Source: a virus
Virus record (IMG/VR): IMGVR_UViG_3300032316_000329
Location: 101,115-165,114 of that record
Reading direction: 5' to 3' (one strand)
DNA length: 64,000 bases
The notes under the pieces are model-generated. The model saw only the letters and a program-made list of their open reading frames with translations, had not been told where the DNA came from and searched no databases. Made by a program: the position numbers and the translations under genes. Positions 47,896-58,936 of the stretch are shown piece by piece (the first letter of the stretch is position 1; every line of letters begins with the position of its first letter).

Positions 47896-50432
47896 ATGGA
47901 AACTAAAATGACTGATCTTGTAAAAAAACTTCGTTCATATCCTCAATCATCTTGTAATGATAAGGACATCTATGATGCTGCCGACCGTCTCGAGGAGTTA
48001 GAGAAAGAACTGGATAAACACAGACAGGCGTTAGTGTTTATACAAATGAACATCATGGATGTTCTAAGGCCAATACCATTTCAGGAGGATGATGATGAAA
48101 ATTGATATTGATGGTGATACGATATCTAACATAGTAGTTCAGGATCTAAAAGGTTACCATGAGATTATGCTAAACAATCCAGAAGAGGATGGTGTCTGTA
48201 ATGCTATTGAGATTATATTATCACACTATATGAATAGACAAGATTATATAACATGGTATAAAGATGTATATGGGCCAAAGGGTAAAGAGGTTGACTTTGG
48301 CGAAGATGTTGGGTTGGAGATCATAGATGACTAAAGTTCACTACATTGACCCACCTTCTGGTTGGAAGTATGGATTTCCAAAAGTATTACCAGAAGGTGT
48401 TAAAGATACAATAGCGTGGTTATTAGAACAAGGTTATCCGCAGCAAGAGATTGACCTTTGCGGAAATCATTTCATTTGCCGTCACTGGGAAGAAGAGGTT
48501 GAAAATGTCTAAAATCGTATTGGTAGAAACCGTAAGCACCTTTCGTCATATGTATGCCATAGAGTTAAGAGATGAACATCCAATTGAGTATGCTCTTGAT
48601 GATGTTTGTTATGCTACTGGTGGTATAGAAAATGGATTACAAGAGTTTGCACAACAACATATCGCAGAGGATACATTCTCTCATCGTGAAATCACCGAAG
48701 ATGAATACCTAAAAATCTTTGATAAGGAGAATGACTATCTCAGAGAATGGACTGCGGAACAGAAAAAGCAGTTTATACACAAAGCCTAAATAATAAACAT
48801 GCTAAAAAGATGGTACGAAAGTAGACCATTCACATTTGGATCGGTATTCATATTTTTCTATATGACCATACCGATTTTTGACCGGATATTCATAGACCCT
48901 AAGATGAAACCGGATTGTGAGAATCAAATGGAACAGGTGAAATCATGCGCCTCGTGGATCATAAAAAAGGATACGAAGCATGTTTCAACTAATACAGGAA
49001 GACCTTGAGGATTGTATAGAAATCCTTAAAAGAATAGCAAACGAATCCGGACCAGAAAGAACTCTCCTTATATCTGAATTGTATATGACAGAACGGAAAG
49101 AAGATGTGAAAAAAGTGGTTGACTTGTGCGAACAAATGATGTATTATTATGAGAAATCAAAACTAAACTAAGGACTTAAAATGCTTATATTCATGATTGT
49201 AATGAGTTTGGTTTTAGCCGTTCTTCTGAATGTTGTTACAAGCTGCTATGTCTGCTACAATGTGGCCGTTAATCCTGATGCGCCTAAAACGGCAATTTTA
49301 ACGGTCACAGGTATTGTTATACTTAATGCCTTGTTTCCCTACTTTTTGGGTTGTGTTACAGGCCTTTGGTATATTGGGTGATATGATGAACGAATATGGT
49401 TCCATCTTTGAACTTGTCTTAAATTGGTTTTTCTGGTTTTTATTAGGTACTATCGGCGCATATATCTTTTACTCAATCATGGAGTATATTGATGGACGAA
49501 AGTAAAATGAGTATACCTATTAATGTTCCTCTAAATCGTTTTAAAGAAGAGTTTGATAAAGAATGTCGTAAGTTGGATGAAAGTGAACCGAAAGATAAAC
49601 AATTTACATTGGAGATGGCAGAACATGTCTGGCGAAAAGTCAAAGGTTATCCAATTCCCCACTGCTACTCGGAAGAAGATAGATTATCCATCTTTGAACG
49701 ATACTATCACAGAGCAGTCTCTCAATCTCAAGGAGAGTAGATACTGGATCCAAATTATAGGATCTTTGATTGGTACCACAATCATGTTTACTCTATTTTA
49801 TTTCACAGGAAAGGTTATTCATGGATGAAAATACACTAATTGGCATCCAAAAGATGCGAGAAGATAACAAATGGCATCGTTTCAATCTTGATAAAGAATG
49901 TGAAGCATATAAGAAAGCATTAGAAGATATTACTAATGCTGACACGGCCGGCCAGATGCTTACCATCGCCTATCGTGTATTAGAGGAGAATAAGAAATGA
50001 AAGAGTTGATTTTTTGTGTTATCTCGGTTTGCCTAACAACGGGTGAATGTGAGACACATCAACTAAAAGTAGAACCTAAGGTGTGTAAACTAGGAACCGT
50101 TCAAGCCCAGGTGCCACATGGTGGTGAGTGGAAAGAAGCAACGGTAACTTTCAAGTGTTAAAAAGTTCATATATACTAATACTAGGGAGAAATAAATGCT
50201 AGTAGGAGATAAACTAAGTCACGATGCGGCCAGCGAGGCATATATCCTTTTGACTGCCTATATTCGTGAAGAGGGCAAAGTTGCAACTACATATGATGCA
50301 AACCGATTAACAGAGTTTGTTGGATTTCTAGCAGAGATTTTGAAGAACCCTGATAACTTCAGTTTTTCGGAAAAGAAACTAATAGAACCAGTAAAAGAAT
50401 TGTCGGACCAAGATGTTGTCGGTCTGGCCTAA
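47896..50432 (+). other. Run of about 12 short, tightly coupled hypothetical ORFs (early-type accessory genes)
   Basis: Overlapping start/stop chain in the ORF track (e.g. 48089, 48327, 48505, 48799, 48980, 49181, 49489, 50196); no families recognised. Confidence 0.55.
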
Positions 50433-50450
50433 AAAAGAAAGGTGATAATA

Positions 50451-50729
50451 ATGAATAAGGTATTTCTAACAGTAGCAATCGTTCTTGGTCTAACTGTTTC
50501 CGCTTCGGCGTTTCAGGATGAGACACACAATGGTAAGACTGTTGCTGTTCCTGGAGCAACAAAGAGCAGAGGTGTATTTGCTCCAGCGGCACAGGTAACA
50601 CCACATGGTGTTATTGCTACTGCCCCAGTTGGTTCAGATGTTGATGTTGATGTTGATGGTAATGACATTGAAATCGATGTTTCACCAAAGAGCCGTGGCG
50701 TTCTAGGCGTAGGTTTTCTAGGTCTCTAA
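50451..50729 (+). CDS. Small predicted secreted protein
   Basis: MNKVFLTVAIVLGLTVSASA signal peptide; VDVDVD repeat. Confidence 0.6.
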   Translation: MNKVFLTVAIVLGLTVSASAFQDETHNGKTVAVPGATKSRGVFAPAAQVTPHGVIATAPVGSDVDVDVDGNDIEIDVSPKSRGVLGVGFLGL

Positions 50730-50789
50730 ATAGTATTGTCTCCCAGACAAGTGCTACGTCCATGGGGCCGACGTTAAATGTCCCCACCT

Positions 50790-50863
50790 GCGGAATTGGT
50801 ATATGGGTTGTGCCCTAGGTTTCCATCCTAGAGAAAGCGGTTCGAGTCCGTTATTCCGCTCCA
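50790..50863 (+). tRNA. tRNA-Gly(TCC)
   Basis: GCGGAAT/ATTCCGC acceptor, CTAGG-TTTCCAT-CCTAG, GGTTCGAGTCC, TCCA end. Confidence 0.9.
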
Positions 50864-50864
50864 A

Positions 50865-51137
50865 TTAATCCTCAATACGAGCCTTTGCTTCATTGAGATA
50901 CTTTTCAACCGCTTCAATCGAGGCCTTACAAATCCGATTGTTCTTATAAAGTCGAACAATTGTCTTAGCAACCTCAACATCATTTAAGGTCTGCCAGTTT
51001 GGATAACGCTTTTCTAAAGGGCAGTTATACATTTCAGCAGGGGGTGTAACAACTGCCAACTTGGTTTCAATCAACATTGGTGATGACTGACAACCAGCCA
51101 ATAATAGGAATGGGATTGCTAGTAATAGTTTTTTCAC
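50865..51137 (-). CDS. o-spanin (Rz1-like lipoprotein)
   Basis: Lipobox LLAGC, Pro-rich segment, further Cys residues; overlaps the end of the i-spanin. Confidence 0.75.
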   Translation of the reverse strand: MKKLLLAIPFLLLAGCQSSPMLIETKLAVVTPPAEMYNCPLEKRYPNWQTLNDVEVAKTIVRLYKNNRICKASIEAVEKYLNEAKARIED

Positions 51138-51511
51138 TTGTTCAACTCCTTAAAGGTACGCTTAAGGACATCTGATGATTGTTTGCCCTTATATGCTCTA
51201 ACTGTAGAATCCTTATTGAGGTATTCATCTAGTTCATTAAACTTCTTTTCTAAAGCCTCGTTTCTGGCCTTTAGTTCGGCGGTAAGTTCTTTTTGTGTCT
51301 TGTTAATTTCGGTGAGGTCTTGAATGAGTTTTTGTTGTTCTTTTGCCACCTGTTCCTGCTGGGCTTTGTTCCATTCTAGGAGTGCCTCAGTCTTAATGGT
51401 ATGTTTCCAGTAGTAATATCCGCCAACCAATAGAACGACAAGGGTAATAATACCGATGATTTGGGATGCAACTTTATCTAATCCAAAAAGCGAAAACATC
51501 TTGACCTCCAT
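51134..51511 (-). CDS. i-spanin (Rz-like)
   Basis: N-terminal TM helix plus coiled coil; directly precedes a lipoprotein. Confidence 0.72.
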   Translation of the reverse strand: MEVKMFSLFGLDKVASQIIGIITLVVLLVGGYYYWKHTIKTEALLEWNKAQQEQVAKEQQKLIQDLTEINKTQKELTAELKARNEALEKKFNELDEYLNKDSTVRAYKGKQSSDVLKRTFKELNK

Positions 51512-51552
51512 CTATAAGTCTGCTATGATATATAGGTAATAAGGAGTCCAAG

Positions 51553-51741
51553 ATGATTTTATGTTCCTGTAATACTATATCATCAAACACTGTTAAACAA
51601 ATCCTTGAACATCATACTGGTGATGTTCCTTCGGTTCAAGAAATTATGGAAAAGCACGGATGCTCGGTAGTTTGTGCTACCTGTGTTCAAAGTATCAAAG
51701 TTGAAATAAGGAAACATTATGGTATCAATAGTGAGAATTGA
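51553..51741 (+). CDS. Bfd-like [2Fe-2S] ferredoxin
   Basis: MILCSCN...CATC; CxC...CxxC in 62 aa. Confidence 0.8.
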   Translation: MILCSCNTISSNTVKQILEHHTGDVPSVQEIMEKHGCSVVCATCVQSIKVEIRKHYGINSEN

Positions 51742-51934
51742 TCCACCCATTCCGTTAAACACCCCTAAAGGAACAGCATACGCACATTTTTTAATAGACA
51801 ATGGACTTGAAGATAATCTACACTGGGTATGCTTTCAAGATGATACCGGTGAGTGTTGGACATGGGACAATTCAAAAATAAGAGCAACGAAAAACATTAC
51901 CGTTGAAAGAACTAATATCTCGGAGATTACATAA
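51719..51934 (+). CDS. Conserved phage hypothetical protein
   Basis: PPIPL.TPKG.A.A...ID.G.....WV.F...TGECWTW.N..IR. Confidence 0.6.
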   Translation: MVSIVRIDPPIPLNTPKGTAYAHFLIDNGLEDNLHWVCFQDDTGECWTWDNSKIRATKNITVERTNISEIT

Positions 51935-52575
51935 TGAAGGTACATATTGGGCCGTATCATAGATGGTGGGGAGTTTATCAAACCGTCGACCTTCTACAGA
52001 AAGTTGGTGTGAGTGAAGATAGGTGTGAAAAGATTGCCGATTGGATTTGTGAAAATACTCCAGCCGAAGATTTCTTTAATTATATTTACAAACTAAAAGG
52101 TGACCGCAAGGTCAAGATTCGTATTGATGAATATGACACCTGGAATATGGACAATACACTTGCACTCATTATTCTTCCTATGCTTAAACAACTCAAAGAA
52201 ACCAAGCATGGTTCACCAATGGTTGATGATGAGGATGTTCCATTACATATGCGTCATACTTTAAGTAAGGGTCCAGATGATTATGAAACCGATGACCGTT
52301 GGGTTCATTACAAGTGGGAATGGGTTCTTAATGAAATGATTTGGACCTTTGAACAGGAACTTGATGATTCCTGGGAAGACCAATTCCGTCATGGTGAACC
52401 AAACTATGAGTTTATTCATGTTGGCGGTGAGATTGGAACCGAAAGTGAATTGAATGAAATGATTCAAACAAACCCAAATTATTCATTTGACATTGAGGGC
52501 CATAAAGAGTATAATAAGAGAATAGATAACGGATTTCGTTTGTTCGGTAAGTATTATCGTGGATTATGGGAATAA
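51934..52575 (+). CDS. Conserved T4-like hypothetical protein
   Basis: DTWNMD.TLA.II.PML.QLK..KHG.P, GF.LFGKYY..LW. Confidence 0.6.
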   Translation: MKVHIGPYHRWWGVYQTVDLLQKVGVSEDRCEKIADWICENTPAEDFFNYIYKLKGDRKVKIRIDEYDTWNMDNTLALIILPMLKQLKETKHGSPMVDDEDVPLHMRHTLSKGPDDYETDDRWVHYKWEWVLNEMIWTFEQELDDSWEDQFRHGEPNYEFIHVGGEIGTESELNEMIQTNPNYSFDIEGHKEYNKRIDNGFRLFGKYYRGLWE

Positions 52576-52786
52576 GGAGTATAACATGAATAAGAAGATT
52601 GAAGTTCTCGCCGAAGAGTTTAAGCAGCGGGCCTTTGATGGCAAGTGGCAGCGTTGGATTAAGATTGCCGACGAGGACAATGCCTATACCTGTACCAGTG
52701 AAACAGGTAGTAGAATGACCTATGTTCCTGAAATGTGGGTTGTTGCTGGAGTTTATGACTATATGCTAACAATTGAGGGTTAATTT

Positions 52787-53104
52787 ATGGCAAATGTAGA
52801 AAATCTTAAAATCCTTCGCCTTTCAACAGGTGAAGAAATTCTGGGCGAAATTCTTGATGAAAACATTACAAAAGTTGTTATCAAGAATCCTGTGCGTATT
52901 GTTGTAGTTCCTAGTAAGTCGGATCCAAAAAATCCTTCTGTGGCCTTTGCTCCATTCTTACAGTGGTCGGATGATAAAGAGTTGACTTTGAACGCAAATC
53001 ATGTTATATTATCATCAATACCCATCACCGAGTTTGTTAATCAGTATAACGGAATGTTCGGTGGTCTTGTAGTTCCTCCAAAATCAGGAATCATTACACC
53101 TTAA
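52787..53104 (+). CDS. Conserved protein upstream of the DNA polymerase
   Basis: KILRLSTGEEILGE, QYNGMFG...P..GIITP. Confidence 0.65.
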   Translation: MANVENLKILRLSTGEEILGEILDENITKVVIKNPVRIVVVPSKSDPKNPSVAFAPFLQWSDDKELTLNANHVILSSIPITEFVNQYNGMFGGLVVPPKSGIITP

Positions 53105-55665
53105 TGAATAAATTCTATACGAATGTCGAAGTGTGGGGCGGTAAGATCCTATATCGAGGCGTTGAAGAAGGGAGACGGGTTCGCCATAAAGTCGAGTATC
53201 ATCCGTCTCTTTTCGTTCCGTCTAGCACCCCTACAAAGTATATCACTATTCACGGAGAATACATGGGCAAGGTTAGTCCAGGTACGATTCGGGATGCCCG
53301 TGATTTTGTCAAGCAATATGATGGAGTTGAATCTTTCAAGGTATATGGCAATACTCGTTATCAGTATTGTTTCATTGCTGACGAGTTTAAAAGTACCGTT
53401 GATTGGGATATCTCTCTAATCAAAGTGGCCAATATTGATATCGAGGTCGGCGAACCACCAGAAGGTGGGTTCCCTGAACCAGATCATGCGAACGGTCCTC
53501 TAACCGCCATCACAATCAAGATGGACGGTACCTTTGTCACGTTTGGTTGTGGAGATTACAACAATACCCGTGAAGATGTTACCTATTTCAAATGCTATGA
53601 TGAATTTGATCTGATCAAGAAGTTTCTTGGTTGGTGGCAATCTGATTATCCAGATATCATTACCGGTTGGAATGTTCAAAACTTTGATATTCCCTACCTT
53701 GTCAATCGTATCACCAAACTATTGGGTGAGAACGAGGCTCGTAAACTATCACCTTGGAATGTTATCAACAATAAGGTTGTTGACCTTGGTATGAACCGTA
53801 AGATTAACTCTTACAGCATCCTTGGTATTGCTACACTTGATTTGCTTGATCTATACCAACGATATGCTCCTGATGGTAAGTCACAGGAGTCCTATAAGTT
53901 GGATAATATCGGTCATGAGGAACTTGGTGAACGTAAGTTATCTTATGAAGAATATGGTTCCCTTCATAATCTATATAAGGAGGACTATCAAAAGTTCATC
54001 GACTATAACATCAAAGACGTTGACCTCGTTGATCGTATTGATGATAAGAACAAACTCATTGAGTTAGCACTTACTTTGTCCTATGATAATAAGTGTAATT
54101 ATGAGGATGTGTTCGCGCAAGTCCGTATGTGGGATGTTATTTGTTTCCATCATTTGAAGTCTAAGAATGTGGTTGTCCCTCCCATTGAAAGACATGAAAA
54201 GGAGTCTCGTTATGTGGGTGCCTATGTTAAGGATCCCTTGGTTGGATTTCATAATTGGGTTGCTAGTTTTGACGTTAATAGTGAATATCCTAGCGTCATT
54301 ATGGGAAGCAATATTTCCCCAGAGACCATTGTGGAATCTGATCTTTATAGTGATTGTATGCGTTCTATTGTGGCCTCTAATGTTACCGTTGATCGTTTAC
54401 TTAATCGTTCTATTGACACAAGTTGTCTCATGGGTGATAATGTTTGTTTAACTGCTAACGGCCAGTTCTATCGCCGTGATAAACAAGGCTTTATGCCTGA
54501 AATGGTCGAGAAGATGTTCGCTGACCGTAAAATCTACAAAAAGGAGATGTTAGATGCCGAAAGCGCCTACGAAAACGAAAAAGACCCCAGTAAAAAAGCA
54601 GAACTTAAAAACAGAATTGCCCGCTACAGAAACCTCCAGCTCTCCAAAAAAGTCTCACTTAACTCTTTATACGGTGCTCTTGGGTCTAAGTATTTTAGGT
54701 TTTTTGACCTTCGCAATGCTATCGCTGTCACTACCACAGGCCAGCTCTCAATCCGTTGGATCGAAACTGCCCTTAATGGCTATCTCACCAAGATTTTAAA
54801 ACAAGAGGATGATTATGTCATTGCGGTCGATACTGACTCGGTATACCTACGCCTTGGTGATATTGTGGACAAAACTATTAACGCAGACGGTGCAACTAGG
54901 GATACAGCAAACATCATCACCTTCCTGGACAAGGTATGTGAAAGTAAAATACAACCTGTTATTGATAATGCTTGTAGAGACCTTGCTGAATATACTAATG
55001 TTTTTCAGCAAAAGATAGTAATGAAACGAGAAGTCTTGGCAGATAAGGCAATCTGGACTGCCAAGAAACGATACATTCTAAATGTCCATAACTCCGAGGG
55101 TGTGCAGTATGCCCAACCAAAGAAGAAAAGTATGGGTTTAGAGCTTATAAAAAGTTCAACACCATCATATTGCCGTGAAAAACTTAAAGAAGCGGTTGAT
55201 GTTATTTTTGATAAAAATGAAAGTGCTATTCAGGAGTTTATTGGTGAAGTTAGAGAAGATTTCCAAAAACAACCTCTTGCTGATATATCATTTCCCCGTG
55301 GTCTTAATGGTTTGGTTAAATATGCTGATAGAAAAAGTATCTACGCATCCGGATGTCCTATTCATGTTCGTGGTGCTCTCGTATATAATCACTTTTTACA
55401 TCATCATAATCTTACTAACAAGTATCCATTAATCAACAATGGTGAAAAGTTAAAGTTTATCTTCCTTAAAGAACCAAACACTATTCAATCTAATGTCATT
55501 AGTTTTCCTCAGGGAGGAATACCCGATGAATTTGGTTTGGAGAAATATGTGGATTATTCAGTTCAGTATACTAAGGCCTTCTTAGATCCTTTAAAGATTA
55601 TATTAGATAGTATAGGATGGAAAGACGAGAAAAGTTCATCATTGGAAGATTTTTTCTCTTGTTAA
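53104..55665 (+). CDS. gp43: Family B DNA polymerase
   Basis: DIEV exo I, TGWN...FDIPY, YNIKDV, SFDVNSEYPS, KVSLNSLYG, DTDS, KKRY, SLEDFF clamp-binding tail. Confidence 0.98.
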   Translation: MNKFYTNVEVWGGKILYRGVEEGRRVRHKVEYHPSLFVPSSTPTKYITIHGEYMGKVSPGTIRDARDFVKQYDGVESFKVYGNTRYQYCFIADEFKSTVDWDISLIKVANIDIEVGEPPEGGFPEPDHANGPLTAITIKMDGTFVTFGCGDYNNTREDVTYFKCYDEFDLIKKFLGWWQSDYPDIITGWNVQNFDIPYLVNRITKLLGENEARKLSPWNVINNKVVDLGMNRKINSYSILGIATLDLLDLYQRYAPDGKSQESYKLDNIGHEELGERKLSYEEYGSLHNLYKEDYQKFIDYNIKDVDLVDRIDDKNKLIELALTLSYDNKCNYEDVFAQVRMWDVICFHHLKSKNVVVPPIERHEKESRYVGAYVKDPLVGFHNWVASFDVNSEYPSVIMGSNISPETIVESDLYSDCMRSIVASNVTVDRLLNRSIDTSCLMGDNVCLTANGQFYRRDKQGFMPEMVEKMFADRKIYKKEMLDAESAYENEKDPSKKAELKNRIARYRNLQLSKKVSLNSLYGALGSKYFRFFDLRNAIAVTTTGQLSIRWIETALNGYLTKILKQEDDYVIAVDTDSVYLRLGDIVDKTINADGATRDTANIITFLDKVCESKIQPVIDNACRDLAEYTNVFQQKIVMKREVLADKAIWTAKKRYILNVHNSEGVQYAQPKKKSMGLELIKSSTPSYCREKLKEAVDVIFDKNESAIQEFIGEVREDFQKQPLADISFPRGLNGLVKYADRKSIYASGCPIHVRGALVYNHFLHHHNLTNKYPLINNGEKLKFIFLKEPNTIQSNVISFPQGGIPDEFGLEKYVDYSVQYTKAFLDPLKIILDSIGWKDEKSSSLEDFFSC

Positions 55666-55745
55666 ATTTAACTTGACAAAGCAAGCAATAAAGCATAGAA
55701 TAGATTCTAATAATTATGAAGATTGGTATTATAAAGGAGATTAAA

Positions 55746-56188
55746 ATGAGTAATACGGAATGGAAAAATGGTTATGACACAGGATTTGCTGCTGGTTGGA
55801 AGGCTGCAAAGAGTGAACTTTCTGGAGTGTATAACATCACACCAAATGCTTCGTTTTCAACAATGGCCGACCAGTCACCATATAGTGTTGTAAATACCAC
55901 TACAGGTTATGGTACTATTACACTAACAGAATCTCCTAAAACAAAGAAGCCTGACCTAAAAGTCATTCATAACCTATCAGACCATACAAGGATTGTCTAA
56001 TGGCAAAAAAGAAGGACGACGAACTTAAACATTCACCCGCCCGTTTATATGAGTTTGTGCCGGACGAAACAAGTATCACACCAAACAACATTGTTGAACT
56101 TGCTAATCTAGTAAGAGTTGGTATTGGTGGACATGTATTGGAGAAACTATCTCCAGAACTACAAAAACATTTTAAGAAAGTTGCCTAA
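55746..56188 (+). other. Two short hypothetical ORFs (55746..56000, 56000..56188)
   Basis: Coupled ORFs behind promoter TTGACA 55673 / TAGAAT 55696. Confidence 0.5.
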
Positions 56189-56222
56189 CGAGATTGTTAG
56201 GAACTAAAATAAGGAGAAACTT

Positions 56223-57281
56223 ATGGATATTTTCAATCAGTTGTTGGAAGAAACCAACAACGAATATGCCTCTATTGCTGATGATGGTGTAGAAGCAGGC
56301 GATGTGTCTGGTTTTATTGGAACCGGTTCTTATGCTATGAATGCCTTGCTATCTGGTTCCATCTTCGGTGGTATTCCTCAAAACAAAGTAACCGCATTTG
56401 CCGGTGAACCATCAGTAGGCAAAACATTTTATGCTCTTAATGTTTGCTACCAGTTTCTAGAGGACAATCCAAATGGATTCGTATTCTACTTTGAATCCGA
56501 ATCTGCTATTAGCCGACAGTTTCTTACTGACCGTGGTATTAACACTAAGCGGTTTGCTATTGTTCCTGTTGCTACTGTTCAGGAGTTTAGAACACAAGCG
56601 GTCAAAATTCTAGACAAGTATTTGGAACAAAAGGGTGAAAAGGCACCTATGCTTTTTGTCCTTGACTCTCTTGGTAATCTTTCAACCGATAAAGAAATGG
56701 CCGATATTGCCGATGGTAAAGATACCCGTGATATGACCCGAGCCCAGTTGGTTCGTGGCGCCTTCCGTGTGCTTACTCTCAAATTAGGTAAAGCGAAGGT
56801 GCCATTGATTGTTACTAACCATGTTTATGATGTGGTCGGTTCCTATGTTCCTGTGAAGAAGATGGGCGGTGGTTCAGGCCTTGAGTATGCGGCATCAACT
56901 ATTGTCTTTCTATCTAAGAAGAAAGATAAGACACTGGATGACGATGGAGGTCGCACCGGCGCGGTCATTACAGCACACCTCAAGAAGTCTCGTATGACTA
57001 TTGAGGATAAGAAAGTGGAGACCTGGTTGAACTATTCACACGGTCTTGATCCATATTATGGACTTCTTGACCTTTCTGAAAAGTTTGGTATTGTAAAGAA
57101 GGTTTCTACTCGTTATGAGTTCCCAGATGGTAGTAAGGCCTTTGAGAAGGAAATCAAAAAGAATCCAACCAAGTTCTTTACGACTGATATATTGGAACAG
57201 ATTGATGATGCCTGTAAGACTGAGTTCCTATATGGCAAGAATAATGTAGAAGAGGATGGAGAAGATGGAACTGGGAACTGA
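56223..57281 (+). CDS. uvsX: RecA-like recombinase UvsX
   Basis: LNALLSG-like motif, GEPSVGKT, LDSLGNL, DMTRA, TNHVY, MGGGSG..YAAS. Confidence 0.95.
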   Translation: MDIFNQLLEETNNEYASIADDGVEAGDVSGFIGTGSYAMNALLSGSIFGGIPQNKVTAFAGEPSVGKTFYALNVCYQFLEDNPNGFVFYFESESAISRQFLTDRGINTKRFAIVPVATVQEFRTQAVKILDKYLEQKGEKAPMLFVLDSLGNLSTDKEMADIADGKDTRDMTRAQLVRGAFRVLTLKLGKAKVPLIVTNHVYDVVGSYVPVKKMGGGSGLEYAASTIVFLSKKKDKTLDDDGGRTGAVITAHLKKSRMTIEDKKVETWLNYSHGLDPYYGLLDLSEKFGIVKKVSTRYEFPDGSKAFEKEIKKNPTKFFTTDILEQIDDACKTEFLYGKNNVEEDGEDGTGN

Positions 57282-57597
57282 TTGGCAATTTCGTGATGAC
57301 CTCTGGGATTCTAATAAAGAAGGATCAACTGTGCCTATTGAGATTTTGATTGACCCATTTGCCGGAGTGGTGTATAATTATACCACAGTAGCATTTAAGA
57401 TGGGTGAGGATAATGTTCCTCGGATGCAGTATGATTATGAGATTATTAAGTCAAATGATTTGTCTATGATAACCTTAAGAAAGAACCAAAAGTTTAATAC
57501 TATACTTGGTTTAATCCTGAATAATCTATTGCTAGATGCGTCAGAAGCGGAAGGTGCGAGTGAGACTAGAACAAACGATACTCAAAAATCTGATTAA
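57265..57597 (+). CDS. gp40-position protein (putative head vertex assembly chaperone)
   Basis: Synteny between uvsX and gp41, as in T4. Confidence 0.5.
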   Translation: MELGTDWQFRDDLWDSNKEGSTVPIEILIDPFAGVVYNYTTVAFKMGEDNVPRMQYDYEIIKSNDLSMITLRKNQKFNTILGLILNNLLLDASEAEGASETRTNDTQKSD

Positions 57598-58936
57598 GAG
57601 TGAGGCATACACTCGCAAGGTGTTGCCGTTCTTGAAGGAAGATTACTTTGGTAATATGGAAGACCGGCTACTTTTCAAAGAAGTGGCCGGATTCGTCCTC
57701 AAATATAATCAGCAACCAACATTTGATGCCTTAGAGATTGAGGTTAACAATATCCGTGGCACAACCGATGATGCTGTTAAAAGTATTACTGAGACATTAA
57801 AACAACTTGATTCTGACACAAATCCGACAAATCAAGATTGGCTTTTAGATGCGACCGAAAAGTTTTGCCAAGAAAAGGCCATCTATAATGCTATCACCAA
57901 TTCATTGGAGATTATGAATGGCAAAGGTAAACTTACTAAGGGTGCTATCCCATCTTTACTCCATGATGCTCTGGCTGTTTCTTTTGATCCAAATGTCGGT
58001 CACGACTACCTCGAACAATCCGAAGAACGGTTTGACTATTACCATAAAGTAGAAGAACGCCTACCGTTTGACTTAGATTTCTTTAACAAGATTACCAAGA
58101 ATGGTGTTCCAAAGAAAACACTAAACATCGTTATGGCAGGTGTTGGTGTCGGTAAGTCTCTAACTCTTTGTCACTTTGCTTCCTCTTATATCAATCAAGG
58201 TAAGAATGTTCTTTACATTTCTATGGAACTTGCTGAGAAAGAGGTTGCCAAGCGTATTGATGCTAATGTTTTAAATGTGTCTATGGATGATCTTATGGTT
58301 CTATCCAAAGATATGTATAATGATAAAGTGAATAAACTAAAACAAAAGACTGCCGGTAAACTAATCGTCAAAGAGTATCCAACCGCATCCGCATCCACGG
58401 TTCATTTTCGTGCCTTGTTGAACGAATTGAACCTCAAAAAGAACTTTATGCCTGATGTGATTATGATAGATTATCTAAATATATGTGCTTCGGCTCGTAT
58501 CAAACCGGGTAATGGTGTGAATAGTTATACCTATATCAAATCTATCGCAGAAGAACTCCGTGGCCTTGCCGTTGAGTTTAATGTTCCTGTGTGGTCGGCA
58601 ACCCAGTTGACTAGAAGCGGTTATGGTTCTTCCGATCCAGATTTGACAGATACTTCCGAGTCCTTTGGTCTACCAGCAACGGCAGACTTTTTCGTGGCAC
58701 TTGTTACCAACGACCAGTTGGAACAATTGAATCAGTTTGCGGTTAAACAGTTGAAAAACCGTTATGCTGATCCTGCTAAGTTTAAGAAAGACATTATCGG
58801 TGTTGATAAAACCAAAATGAAATTGTATGATGTTGAGGCTTCGGCCAAAAATATCGTAGATACAGGAGAGGACATAACTCCTGTTCCAAAGAAATTTGAT
58901 GGTGGTAAATCTAAATTCAAAGGACTTAAAGTATGA
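57560..58936 (+). CDS. gp41: Replicative DnaB-like helicase
   Basis: AGVGVGKS, IVKEYPT, IDYLNIC, AEELRG, SATQ.TR, SESFGLPATAD, QLKNRY. Start GTG 57560. Confidence 0.96.
   Translation: MRLEQTILKNLIKSEAYTRKVLPFLKEDYFGNMEDRLLFKEVAGFVLKYNQQPTFDALEIEVNNIRGTTDDAVKSITETLKQLDSDTNPTNQDWLLDATEKFCQEKAIYNAITNSLEIMNGKGKLTKGAIPSLLHDALAVSFDPNVGHDYLEQSEERFDYYHKVEERLPFDLDFFNKITKNGVPKKTLNIVMAGVGVGKSLTLCHFASSYINQGKNVLYISMELAEKEVAKRIDANVLNVSMDDLMVLSKDMYNDKVNKLKQKTAGKLIVKEYPTASASTVHFRALLNELNLKKNFMPDVIMIDYLNICASARIKPGNGVNSYTYIKSIAEELRGLAVEFNVPVWSATQLTRSGYGSSDPDLTDTSESFGLPATADFFVALVTNDQLEQLNQFAVKQLKNRYADPAKFKKDIIGVDKTKMKLYDVEASAKNIVDTGEDITPVPKKFDGGKSKFKGLKV

Noticed and set aside
50730-50789. Two small hairpins upstream of tRNA-Gly as a separate ncRNA
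   Set aside because: Short stems only; adequately explained as tRNA leader or processing structure, with no support for a family.
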